This document shows positions 1 through 6,936 of a stretch of DNA of 64,000 nucleotides, piece after piece; position 1 is the stretch's first letter, and the number at the start of each line of letters is the position of its first letter. The position numbers and the translations under genes are program-made. Under the pieces are notes generated by a model. The model ran no database searches. It had not been told where the DNA came from and was given only the letters and a program-made list of their open reading frames with translations. The stretch comes from an uncultured Mediterraneibacter sp. (GTDB lineage: Bacteria; Bacillota; Clostridia; Lachnospirales; Lachnospiraceae), in NCBI GenBank assembly GCA_944377745.1, contig CALWFV010000005.1, positions 9,876-73,875 on the forward strand, given 5' to 3'.

Positions 1-908
1 AATACAGCTCCATCTCCGAAGTCCTGGAGACCTTCTACTCCACCCGGAGCCGGATCACACGTATCCGCCAGAAATCCGCGGATCTGCGCCATGTGGTCCA
101 GACGGCCCTTGAGCGGAACCGGAAGAAATACGACCTCCAGCTCCGTCAGCTCAAAGACACGGAAAACAGGGACCGGTTCAAAGTCTTCGGAGAACTGATC
201 AACACCTACGGCTATGATCTGGGGGAAGGGGCGAAAAAACTGGAGGCTCTCAACTACTACACGAATGAGATGGTATCCATTCCACTGGATCCCACAAAGA
301 CGCCCCAGGAGAACGCCCAGCGCTATTTTGGAAAATACAATAAACAGAAGCGGACATTCGAAGCTCTCTCTGAGCTTTCCGAAGAGACAAAAGATGATAT
401 CACCTATCTGGAATCCGTCCAGACGGCGCTGGATATCGCCCTGACCGAGGACGACCTTGCCGGGATCAAGGAAGAGCTTGTCAATGCGGGATATATCAAG
501 AGAAAATTTACCAGAAAAAAGACGAAGATCAAAAACGCGCCGCTCCATTATATCTCAAGCGACGGATACCATATGTATGTGGGGAAAAATAATCTCCAGA
601 ACGATGAACTGACCTTTAACTTCGCTGTCGGGAACGACTGGTGGTTCCACGCCAAACAGGCTCCCGGCTCCCATGTCATCGTAAAGACAAACGGGGACGA
701 GCTGCCGGACAACACCTTTGAAGAGGCGGGACGTCTCGCAGCATACTACTCCAGCATGCGGGGCAGCGAAAAGGTGGAGATCGACTATGTAGAGAAGAAA
801 CATGTGAAAAAGCCCAAGGGCGCGAAACCGGGATTCGTGGTGTATTATACGAATTATTCGCTGGTGATCGACAGTGATATCAGTGGAATCCGGGAAGTGG
901 AGGGGTAG
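1..908 (+). CDS. rqcH: RqcH / fibronectin-binding protein A family (NFACT), C-terminal part; 5' end outside window
   Basis: The frame is open from the window edge (codons from nt 3). The C-terminal NFACT-R/DUF814 signature HYISSDGYHMYVGKNNLQND...DWWFHAKQAPGSHVIV...KPKGAKPGFVVY parallels the B. subtilis RqcH/YloA C-terminus. TAG stop at 906-908. Confidence 0.85.
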   Translation, partial: YSSISEVLETFYSTRSRITRIRQKSADLRHVVQTALERNRKKYDLQLRQLKDTENRDRFKVFGELINTYGYDLGEGAKKLEALNYYTNEMVSIPLDPTKTPQENAQRYFGKYNKQKRTFEALSELSEETKDDITYLESVQTALDIALTEDDLAGIKEELVNAGYIKRKFTRKKTKIKNAPLHYISSDGYHMYVGKNNLQNDELTFNFAVGNDWWFHAKQAPGSHVIVKTNGDELPDNTFEEAGRLAAYYSSMRGSEKVEIDYVEKKHVKKPKGAKPGFVVYYTNYSLVIDSDISGIREVEG

Positions 909-910
909 AA

Positions 911-1047
911 GTCCGCAGGAGGTGTGTGTCGGCTGCGGACACGCTCCCGCTCGGAAAACAACGCAGCGGTACGTAGGCGCGCACAGGACGCGCGCCAAGT
1001 GCCGGCGTTGTTTTACGGCCCTTAGCCGACACACACCTCCTGCTGGG
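911..1047 (+). repeat. Palindromic intergenic repeat, copy A (full length)
   Basis: Outer arms 915-934 and 1024-1043 are 20/20 complementary. The core at ~949-1018 is shared with 2106-2251(-), 32445-32582(+) and 52040-52130(-). Apical stem is GGCGCGC 976-982 / GCGCGCC 990-996 with loop ACAGGAC. The element starts 3 nt after the rqcH stop. Confidence 0.8.
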
Positions 1048-1280
1048 CTTGTCGCTCATCCCTGTCATTTCTCGGAATCGGAAGGGATGAGACAGGGGAC
1101 GGGAGGACGCGCCTCCGTCATCAGCATGGCAGAACGTTCATTCACATGCTTGCCCGTTAAGCTGTTTCCAAAGAAAAAGCTGTATGCACTGCCCGTAGTA
1201 TGGTTCTATGGATTCTCCCTCGACCTAAAAAGTCCTGAAAGAATACCCATATATGATCACCATCCTTTCAGAAAAATGGG

Positions 1281-1314
1281 CAAAAGAAAAGCACCTGCCT
1301 TTCGATAGATGCTT
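1281..1314 (-). terminator. Rho-independent terminator of the relB/toxin-remnant operon
   Basis: On the minus strand, stem AAGCATC/GGTGCTT (7 bp with one G:U; + coords 1308-1314 / 1288-1294) is followed by TTCTTTT. It lies ~13 nt downstream of the toxin-remnant stop. Confidence 0.55.
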
Positions 1315-1326
1315 CTCAGAGGTCGC

Positions 1327-1480
1327 TTAATATTCAATCGCTGTTTCACTTAGCTGCTTTTTAATGTCTCTCCCACCATAAATGATACGGACAACGTGAA
1401 CCGTATTTTGTGTATCGTCTGGCAGATAAAACACAAGGATCCTGCCTTGCCCTGGCTGTATACTTGACCTCAAAGCTCAT
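1327..1480 (-). pseudogene. RelE/ParE-family toxin remnant (internal deletion plus frameshift)
   Basis: The ATG at 1480 overlaps the antitoxin TGA (ATGA). The N-terminus MSFEVKYTARARQD is ParE/RelE-like. Another frame then reads FYLPDDTQNTVHVVRIIYGGRDIKKQLSETAIEY*, a typical family C-terminus. The total of 154 nt is not a multiple of 3, and only ~50 codons remain where I would expect roughly 90-100. Confidence 0.7.
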
Positions 1481-1782
1481 ATTCCAAAGTCCCGCCTCAT
1501 TTCCTCTTCAACTTCAGATGCCGAATACACTTTGCCTTCCCGTATATCCGCCATGCCTTTTTCAATCTCAGCGTCAAACTGCTCTTTCGTAAGGCTTCCA
1601 TAGGCACTCGGATTTTCCTGCGGCAGCTTTACTTCAAACGGAATGCCTCTCTGAAGCACCACCTGACGCAGGAACATACCCACGGCGTTTGACATCGAGA
1701 TTCCCAAGCGATCCAGCACCTGCTCTGCCTGCTCCTTGATTTCAGGCTCTACACGAGTAAATACATTTGATGTTCTTGCCAT
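1477..1782 (-). CDS. RelB/DinJ-family type II antitoxin
   Basis: N-terminal ribbon-helix-helix region ARTSNVFTRVEPEIKEQAEQVLDRLGISMSNAVGMFLRQVVLQRGIPFEV. GGGAGG sits 8 nt before the ATG at 1782; the ORF-track ATG at 1788 is only 2 nt from the SD. Confidence 0.8.
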   Translation of the reverse strand: MARTSNVFTRVEPEIKEQAEQVLDRLGISMSNAVGMFLRQVVLQRGIPFEVKLPQENPSAYGSLTKEQFDAEIEKGMADIREGKVYSASEVEEEMRRDFGI

Positions 1783-1826
1783 ATTCATCGCCTCCCTTTT
1801 GGCCTATTTTTATTAGGCCCATTCCA

Positions 1827-1852
1827 CTTGCAAAATGCAAGCTATTTGCAAG
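1827..1852. promoter_or_regulatory. Candidate operator upstream of the antitoxin gene
   Basis: Perfect palindrome CTTGCA-AAA-TGCAAG (1827-1841) plus a third TTGCAAG half-site (1846-1852), ~45 nt upstream of the antitoxin start. Confidence 0.4.
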
Positions 1853-2014
1853 ATTTTATAGAAAAATTACAGACAGAAAGTGAGATGATTTTATGAGCAG
1901 TAAAGACACATTTACAATACAACCGGAAGAATCTTGCGCTGGAATTCGCGCTGGATCGATTTGAAGAAGAATAGGTCCATCAAAGCAAGAACATACTCCC
2001 GATGTAACGTAAAG

Positions 2015-2062
2015 AAGGAGAACATTTCCCGTCATCGTGAAATGTTCTCCTTCTATTTTATT
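2015..2062 (+). terminator. Strong rho-independent terminator with no annotated gene in front (orphan)
   Basis: 14-bp perfect stem AAGGAGAACATTTC (2015-2028) / GAAATGTTCTCCTT (2039-2052), followed by CTATTTTATT on the + strand. Confidence 0.6.
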
Positions 2063-2105
2063 CCCGATTTATTCTCACTTCAGATTTCCGAAACTTCCGG
2101 TTTGA

Positions 2106-2251
2106 GGCATGCCCGGCCGCAGGCCGGTGTTGTCCGAGGACCGTAAAACAATGCCGGCACTTAGAGTGCGTCTTTTGCACTCTTATGTGTCCGCTGCATT
2201 GTTTTACGAGCACAAGCGTGTCCGAAGACAATACCTGCCCGCGGCGGACAT
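2106..2251 (-). repeat. Palindromic intergenic repeat, copy B (full length, reverse orientation)
   Basis: The reverse complement aligns with copy A across GTCCGC..CGGACACGCT..GCTCG.AAAACAATGCAGCGG..AAGTGCCGGCATTGTTTTACGG. Apical stem is AGAGTGC/GCACTCT (+ coords 2163-2169 / 2177-2183). The element begins 4 nt after the lipoprotein-gene stop. Confidence 0.8.
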
Positions 2252-2255
2252 ACCT

Positions 2256-3071
2256 CTAACACGCATCCTTCACTTCCTGCGGCACTGTGATCTCCTCCAC
2301 CTGGTCATAATCTGTAAAGACCAGTTCTATTGAGTAGAGATTCACCTTCGTGGTCTCGCCGTAGGAGTCATACAGATCACCCAGTACGCCGCTCATGTCC
2401 ACGATGATCCTTGCCGGGAGAAGTTCTTCTTTGTAGATATCGAAGATGACCGGGACGTCCAGTTCTTTTACAGCCTCCTCGCTCGGAAGATCGACCAGGC
2501 CGAAGGCGCTGATCATATCCCGCCCGAGAAGCCCCATCAGGTCTTCCCCTTTTATGTCTCCATACATCTGATAGCATTCTCTGTCTTCCACTGTGACCGG
2601 CTCCTCCGCAAGGTGGAAATCTTCCAGGACATCCCCTTCCTGTGCGAAGATGTTGCCGTCCATGCCCAGATGGTTCTCTGAATCAGAATCCGAAGCTTCT
2701 CTCTCCCAGTTCCCATCAAGGCTGCTGTAGGTGACGTATTCCCCGTCTTCCATGACCTGATAGATCTCCATATCGCCTGATACTTCCGCGTCAACGATAT
2801 TGACTTCAGCCGAACCTTTCGCATGTCCGGCAGGCGGATCCGTTGTATTCTCCATCTCCATTTCCATATTGACCTCGCGAAGATCCAGGACATCCTCCAG
2901 CTGGATATCAAGCTCCACACGGCTGGAAGATGATGTGACCTCCTGCATTCTCTCCGACGCTTCATTAAAAAGTTTTTCCGGGGTGACTCTTTTGCTGCAC
3001 CCGGTCAAAGTCATTATCAGACCGGCAAAAAGTGCCGCAGACGGAAACATTCTTTTTCTCAAAACTGCCAT
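2256..3071 (-). CDS. Acidic secreted lipoprotein, function unknown
   Basis: Start MAVLRKRMFPSAALFAGLIMTLTGCS carries a signal peptide and lipobox LTGC, with GGAG 6 nt upstream. The mature part is very D/E-rich. The gene starts 2 nt after the stop of the upstream ATPase gene. Confidence 0.75.
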   Translation of the reverse strand: MAVLRKRMFPSAALFAGLIMTLTGCSKRVTPEKLFNEASERMQEVTSSSSRVELDIQLEDVLDLREVNMEMEMENTTDPPAGHAKGSAEVNIVDAEVSGDMEIYQVMEDGEYVTYSSLDGNWEREASDSDSENHLGMDGNIFAQEGDVLEDFHLAEEPVTVEDRECYQMYGDIKGEDLMGLLGRDMISAFGLVDLPSEEAVKELDVPVIFDIYKEELLPARIIVDMSGVLGDLYDSYGETTKVNLYSIELVFTDYDQVEEITVPQEVKDAC

Positions 3072-3073
3072 AT

Positions 3074-4366
3074 TTACTCCTGACCTGCAAGATAATCGAT
3101 AAACTGCTGTGCCGTGCGTCCCGAGAGACCTCCGTGGGAAAGTTCCCACTTGTTGGCCTCCAGAAGGAGCTGATCCTCCGGCATATGGATGCCGTTTTTC
3201 TCCGCCAGCACGCGGACGATCTCCTGGAACTCTTTCTTGTCGGGGGAGCCGAAGTAGATCGTGACCCCGAATCTGGCAACGAGGGACAGCTTTTCCTGCA
3301 CTGTATCGTTTGTATGGAGTTCCTCGTCTCTGTCCGCCTTGTCTCGGAATGTCTCCCGGATCAAATGGCGGCGGTTTGACGTTGCATAGATCAGCACATT
3401 CTCAGGCTTTTTCTCCAGTCCTCCCTCGATGACTGCCTTCAGATACTTGTACTCGATCTCGAATTCTTCAAACGAAAGGTCGTCCATGTAAATAATGAAT
3501 TTATAGTTCCGGTTCTTGATCTGTGCGATCACGTCGTTCAGGTCCTTGAACTGGTGCTTGTACACCTCGATCATCCTCAGTCCCTGATCATAATACTGGT
3601 TCAGGATCGCTTTGATGGAAGAAGATTTTCCTGTGCCCGCATCTCCGAAAAGGAGGCAGTTGTTCGCCTTTCTTCCCTCTACAAAGGCTTTTGTATTGTC
3701 GATCAGTTTTTTCTTTGCGATCTCATATCCGACAAGATCGTCCAGATGGACATGAGCGATATTGGTGATCGGCACGATCTGCACGTCCCCGTGTTCCGGA
3801 TGCTCTACCCGGAACGCTTTGTGCAGTCCCAGCTTACCCACGCCGAACTCTTTATAAAACTGTGTGATCTTCTGTTTGAAATCGTTCACATCAAAGGAGT
3901 TTCCCAGGCTGCGGCTCAGGTCGCAGATCCGGTCCTTTACACGGCGGTTAAATACTTTTCCTCCTCCGGTCACATTTTTATAGTCCATAAGAATCTGGAA
4001 ACATTCCGCGTCCAGATCTTTTTCTACCCTTGAGAAATCATAGTCGAACAGTTCCTTGAAGATTGCGAAGTCGTGGAGCGCGATCTGATTGATACTGCCG
4101 TCCACCTCTCCCACGATCTCGCAGGATGTGCTGTAGGCATTCTCATCGCTGGCGAGAAGGTAGGTCAGATAGGTGTGCCACAGATTTCCCTCAAACCCAT
4201 GGCTGACCGACAACTCCAGAAGGGAGTTGACACACTCGAACAGCAGACTGCGGAGATCTTCTTTATTATAATATTCACTTTCCGAGTTCTCGATCAGAAA
4301 AGTCATATCCCGGAGTATTTCTCCATACTCCATGTTTTTATAAAGCATCAGTTCATTTGTACGCAT
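3074..4366 (-). CDS. DUF815-type AAA+ ATPase (ATP-binding protein)
   Basis: Walker A LLFGDAGTGKSS and Walker B FIIYMDDLSF. The overall architecture (unknown N-domain plus P-loop core) resembles the PF05673/DUF815 family. Confidence 0.75.
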   Translation of the reverse strand: MRTNELMLYKNMEYGEILRDMTFLIENSESEYYNKEDLRSLLFECVNSLLELSVSHGFEGNLWHTYLTYLLASDENAYSTSCEIVGEVDGSINQIALHDFAIFKELFDYDFSRVEKDLDAECFQILMDYKNVTGGGKVFNRRVKDRICDLSRSLGNSFDVNDFKQKITQFYKEFGVGKLGLHKAFRVEHPEHGDVQIVPITNIAHVHLDDLVGYEIAKKKLIDNTKAFVEGRKANNCLLFGDAGTGKSSSIKAILNQYYDQGLRMIEVYKHQFKDLNDVIAQIKNRNYKFIIYMDDLSFEEFEIEYKYLKAVIEGGLEKKPENVLIYATSNRRHLIRETFRDKADRDEELHTNDTVQEKLSLVARFGVTIYFGSPDKKEFQEIVRVLAEKNGIHMPEDQLLLEANKWELSHGGLSGRTAQQFIDYLAGQE

Positions 4367-4393
4367 TTCTTATCCTCTTTTCTCTGTCACTGA

Positions 4394-5524
4394 TCAATAA
4401 TTCCCGAGGATCTTCAGATTCCTCGCCTCTTCCCTCAGTCCGCGGATCGCGTTCTTTACCGCCGGATCCTCCAGGTTTCCCTCAAAGTCCACAAAGAAAC
4501 AGTATTCCCAGCTTTTCCCCTCAACAGGACGGGATTCGATCTTTGTCATGTTCAGGTCGTTGTATATAAAATGTGACAGGATCCCATACAGAGAACCGCT
4601 TGTGTGAGGCACCTCGAAACGGATGCTGATCTTGGAAGCGTTTTTCAGGAAGATTTTCTGGTTCGTGACCACGATAAAACGGGTGAAATTCTCCGGCTCG
4701 TCATTGATCTTGTCCGCAAGCACGGAAAGTCCGTGCACCTGTGCTGCATAAGAGCTGCACACTGCTGCCTGTGTCATGTCCTGATCTTCCAGCACTTTTT
4801 TCGCCGCAATCGCCGTATTCACCACACTGATTTTCTGCCAGTTCGAATGGGCATCCAGGAATCTGCTGGTCTGCATCAGTGCCTCCGTCTTGGAATAAAC
4901 CGTCCGTATCTCTTCAAGCTTTGCTCCCGGCAGTCCTGCCAGTGTGTGGACGATAGGAAGGATCGTCTCCGCCACAATAAAATTTTCAAACTCATCCAGC
5001 AGATCATACATTTCATTGACCGGTCCGGCAGTGGAATTTTCAATCGGAAGTACAGCATAGTCTGCCGATCCCTCTTCGATCGCCTCCATCGCCTCCCGGA
5101 ATGTCCTGACATGAAAGCTGTTTACATTTCCCCCAAAATACTGCTGCATCGCAGCCTGACTGTAGGCGCCTTCCGTCCCCTGAAATACGACTCTCGCATT
5201 TTCCCCATCCAGGGAATCCACCTGAATAAAGGGAAGTCTTCCCAGTGCCCCCGCTTCGACAAGCTGCCTGTACTGCAGTTTCCTGCTCATGGACATGAGC
5301 TGTTCATATAGCTGACAGATCCCTTTCTTGTTGAATTCTCCTGTGACTTTTGACGCCACATCCGCAAGCTTTGCCTTTTCTCTCTGGCTGTCATACACTT
5401 TGCGTCCCGCTTTTACTTTATATTCTCCGACCTGCTCGCAGACGTCCATCCTCTTCTGGTACAGGTCAGTTATCTGGTCATCGATCTGATCTAACTGTGC
5501 TCTCAGTTCCTCCAGTGTTGCCAT
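4394..5524 (-). CDS. pheA: Bifunctional chorismate mutase / prephenate dehydratase (P-protein)
   Basis: N-terminal chorismate mutase helix MATLEELRAQLDQIDDQITDLYQKRMDV. PDT domain VVFQGTEGAYSQAA...TRF, then a C-terminal ACT domain. AGGAGA lies 7 nt before the ATG at 5524. The longer ORF-track start runs through repeat DNA. Confidence 0.9.
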   Translation of the reverse strand: MATLEELRAQLDQIDDQITDLYQKRMDVCEQVGEYKVKAGRKVYDSQREKAKLADVASKVTGEFNKKGICQLYEQLMSMSRKLQYRQLVEAGALGRLPFIQVDSLDGENARVVFQGTEGAYSQAAMQQYFGGNVNSFHVRTFREAMEAIEEGSADYAVLPIENSTAGPVNEMYDLLDEFENFIVAETILPIVHTLAGLPGAKLEEIRTVYSKTEALMQTSRFLDAHSNWQKISVVNTAIAAKKVLEDQDMTQAAVCSSYAAQVHGLSVLADKINDEPENFTRFIVVTNQKIFLKNASKISIRFEVPHTSGSLYGILSHFIYNDLNMTKIESRPVEGKSWEYCFFVDFEGNLEDPAVKNAIRGLREEARNLKILGNY

Positions 5525-5540
5525 CTTAGTTTTCTCCTTT

Positions 5541-5609
5541 CGTCCGCTCCTCGCGCCAACAGCTCGTCTTCGGCTTCTCCTGCCGTCCGCTCCTCGCGCC
5601 AACAGCTCG
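5541..5609. repeat. Tandem duplication in the pheA leader (two identical 26-mers, 43-nt period)
   Basis: CGTCCGCTCCTCGCGCCAACAGCTCG occurs at 5541-5566 and 5584-5609. The 17-nt spacers are related but diverged. CAACAGC (5600-5606) can pair with GCTGTTG (5630-5636). Confidence 0.85.
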
Positions 5610-5777
5610 ATTCCGCTTCGCTTCATCTCGCTGTTGTTGCACTCGCATAGAGATGCCAGTAAGCCCGACTGACTGCGAGCAGTCATCGGTCTTTCTGACA
5701 CCTCTGCGCTCGTCGCTATGTCACAGTATAATATATTTTCTGTATAAAATCTACTCCTGTTATGCATACTTTCTTTT

Positions 5778-6167
5778 ATGATGAGGAAGAAATTTGTTGT
5801 ATGCGGTGTCCTGGGATGGTGCATGGAAATCGTATTTACGGGGCTTGGTTCCCTGCGGAAAAATGAACACAGCCTGACGGCTCGCACCTCGATCTGGATG
5901 TTTCCGATCTATGGAATGGCCTGTTTTCTAACGCCCCTGTGCCGGCTTCTCCGAAAACGGAATTTCCTGGTACGGGGTCTGGTGTATACCTGCTGTATTT
6001 TTACGGGAGAATTTCTCTCCGGAAGTCTGCTGAAGCGGCACGGAGCCTGTCCCTGGGATTACAGCCACGCGAAATATAATGTCAGGGGAGTGATCCGCCT
6101 GGATTACGCGCCGCTCTGGTTCGGAGCCGGGCTGCTCTTTGAAAAAGTCGTATCAGGTCGGGAATAG
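5778..6167 (+). CDS. Small polytopic membrane protein (putative ABC-transporter type IV / PF06541-like)
   Basis: Four hydrophobic segments, with family-like motifs GW.MEIVF and CPWDY. Confidence 0.6.
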   Translation: MMRKKFVVCGVLGWCMEIVFTGLGSLRKNEHSLTARTSIWMFPIYGMACFLTPLCRLLRKRNFLVRGLVYTCCIFTGEFLSGSLLKRHGACPWDYSHAKYNVRGVIRLDYAPLWFGAGLLFEKVVSGRE

Positions 6168-6361
6168 GCCTGCCGTTAATACTGGTATAAATCCTCCTCT
6201 TCCTGAGCCGATATCTGACCTGACGCATAAAATCTGACAGAAAATATGGTGCAAAAATCATCAGGGAGCAGTTGAAAAAAAATATGTTTTAGTATATGAT
6301 TAGATGGAATCGGGCAGGTCTGTTCCACAGGCCTGCTTACAAAAAATAGGGAGGTACACAG

Positions 6362-6898
6362 ATGAATACCGCAGAATGTATTAGAACCCGAAGAAGCATC
6401 CGAAAGTATAAACCGGATCCGGTCGATCATTCTCTGATTGATTCTATTGTTTCACTGGCGTCTTATTCCCCTTCCTGGAAAAATACTCAGATCACCCGTT
6501 ATATTGCGATTGAAGATTCTTCTCTTCTCAGAGAGATCGCAGAAAAATTTACCCCGGATTACAATTCAAAGATCATAAGCCAGGCACCGATGCTCATCGC
6601 TGTCACTCTGATCAAGGGACGCAGCGGCTTTGAGCGGGACGGCTCTTTCTCCACGAAAAAAGGGGATCGCTGGCAGATGTTCGATGTGGGGGTAGCATGT
6701 CAGACTTTCTGTCTCGCAGCAAGGGACAAAGGGCTCGTCACGGTCATTATGGGGATCTTTGACGAGGACGGAATCGCAGAACTGTTACATATTCCGGAAG
6801 ATCGGGAACTTGCCGCACTAATTGCCGTAGGCTGGCCGAATATCGATCCTGACGCTCCAAAAAGAAAGGCCGTCGGGGATTTACTTCAATACAGATAA
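6362..6898 (+). CDS. Nitroreductase family protein
   Basis: N-terminus [17 protein letters not shown] is the classic nitroreductase FMN-binding start. GGGAGG RBS. Confidence 0.85.
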   Translation: MNTAECIRTRRSIRKYKPDPVDHSLIDSIVSLASYSPSWKNTQITRYIAIEDSSLLREIAEKFTPDYNSKIISQAPMLIAVTLIKGRSGFERDGSFSTKKGDRWQMFDVGVACQTFCLAARDKGLVTVIMGIFDEDGIAELLHIPEDRELAALIAVGWPNIDPDAPKRKAVGDLLQYR

Positions 6899-6936
6899 AA
6901 TTAAGTGACGTAAAACCGTCACAGAGGAGGTTATTT

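Noticed and set aside
911-1047. Integron attC site, or CIRCE (HrcA) operator, as the identity of the palindromic repeats.
   Set aside because: There are no RYYYAAC/GTTRRRY core sites and no integron integrase. Copy B's AGAGTGC...GCACTCT is in the wrong orientation and spacing for CIRCE (TTAGCACTC-N9-GAGTGCTAA) and is not conserved in the other copies.
874-1308. 144-aa ORF (and the 62-aa and 159-aa antisense ORFs) spanning repeat copy A.
   Set aside because: They are read through a palindromic repeat. They have no SD and an R/C/P-rich nonsense composition. Equivalent ORFs at other copies are not conserved in frame.
1364-1480. 38-codon intact ORF starting at the toxin ATG, as a genuine mini-toxin.
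   Set aside because: After 14 residues it leaves the ParE/RelE frame and reads unrelated sequence, while the family C-terminus continues in another frame. A deletion remnant explains this better.
5541-5609. Possible CRISPR-like array (identical 26-mers with a 17-nt spacer).
   Set aside because: There are only two repeats, the spacers are related to each other, no cas genes are present, and the spacing is far too short.
5525-5760. T-box riboswitch or Phe leader-peptide attenuator upstream of pheA.
   Set aside because: I find no T-box core (..GGGUGGUACCGCG..), no specifier-loop architecture and no short ORF rich in Phe codons.
5525-5887. N-terminal 121-codon extension of the pheA ORF in the ORF track.
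   Set aside because: The extension is translated through tandem-repeat and promoter DNA. The ATG at 5524 has a proper AGGAGA SD, and the protein from there begins with a complete chorismate mutase helix.
6168-6936. PyrR-binding attenuator upstream of pyrB.
   Set aside because: No ARUCCAGAGAGGYU-type binding loop is present. pyrB follows the nitroreductase gene after 38 nt. The only element upstream of the nitroreductase gene is a plausible promoter (TTGAAA-17-TATGAT) and a small hairpin.
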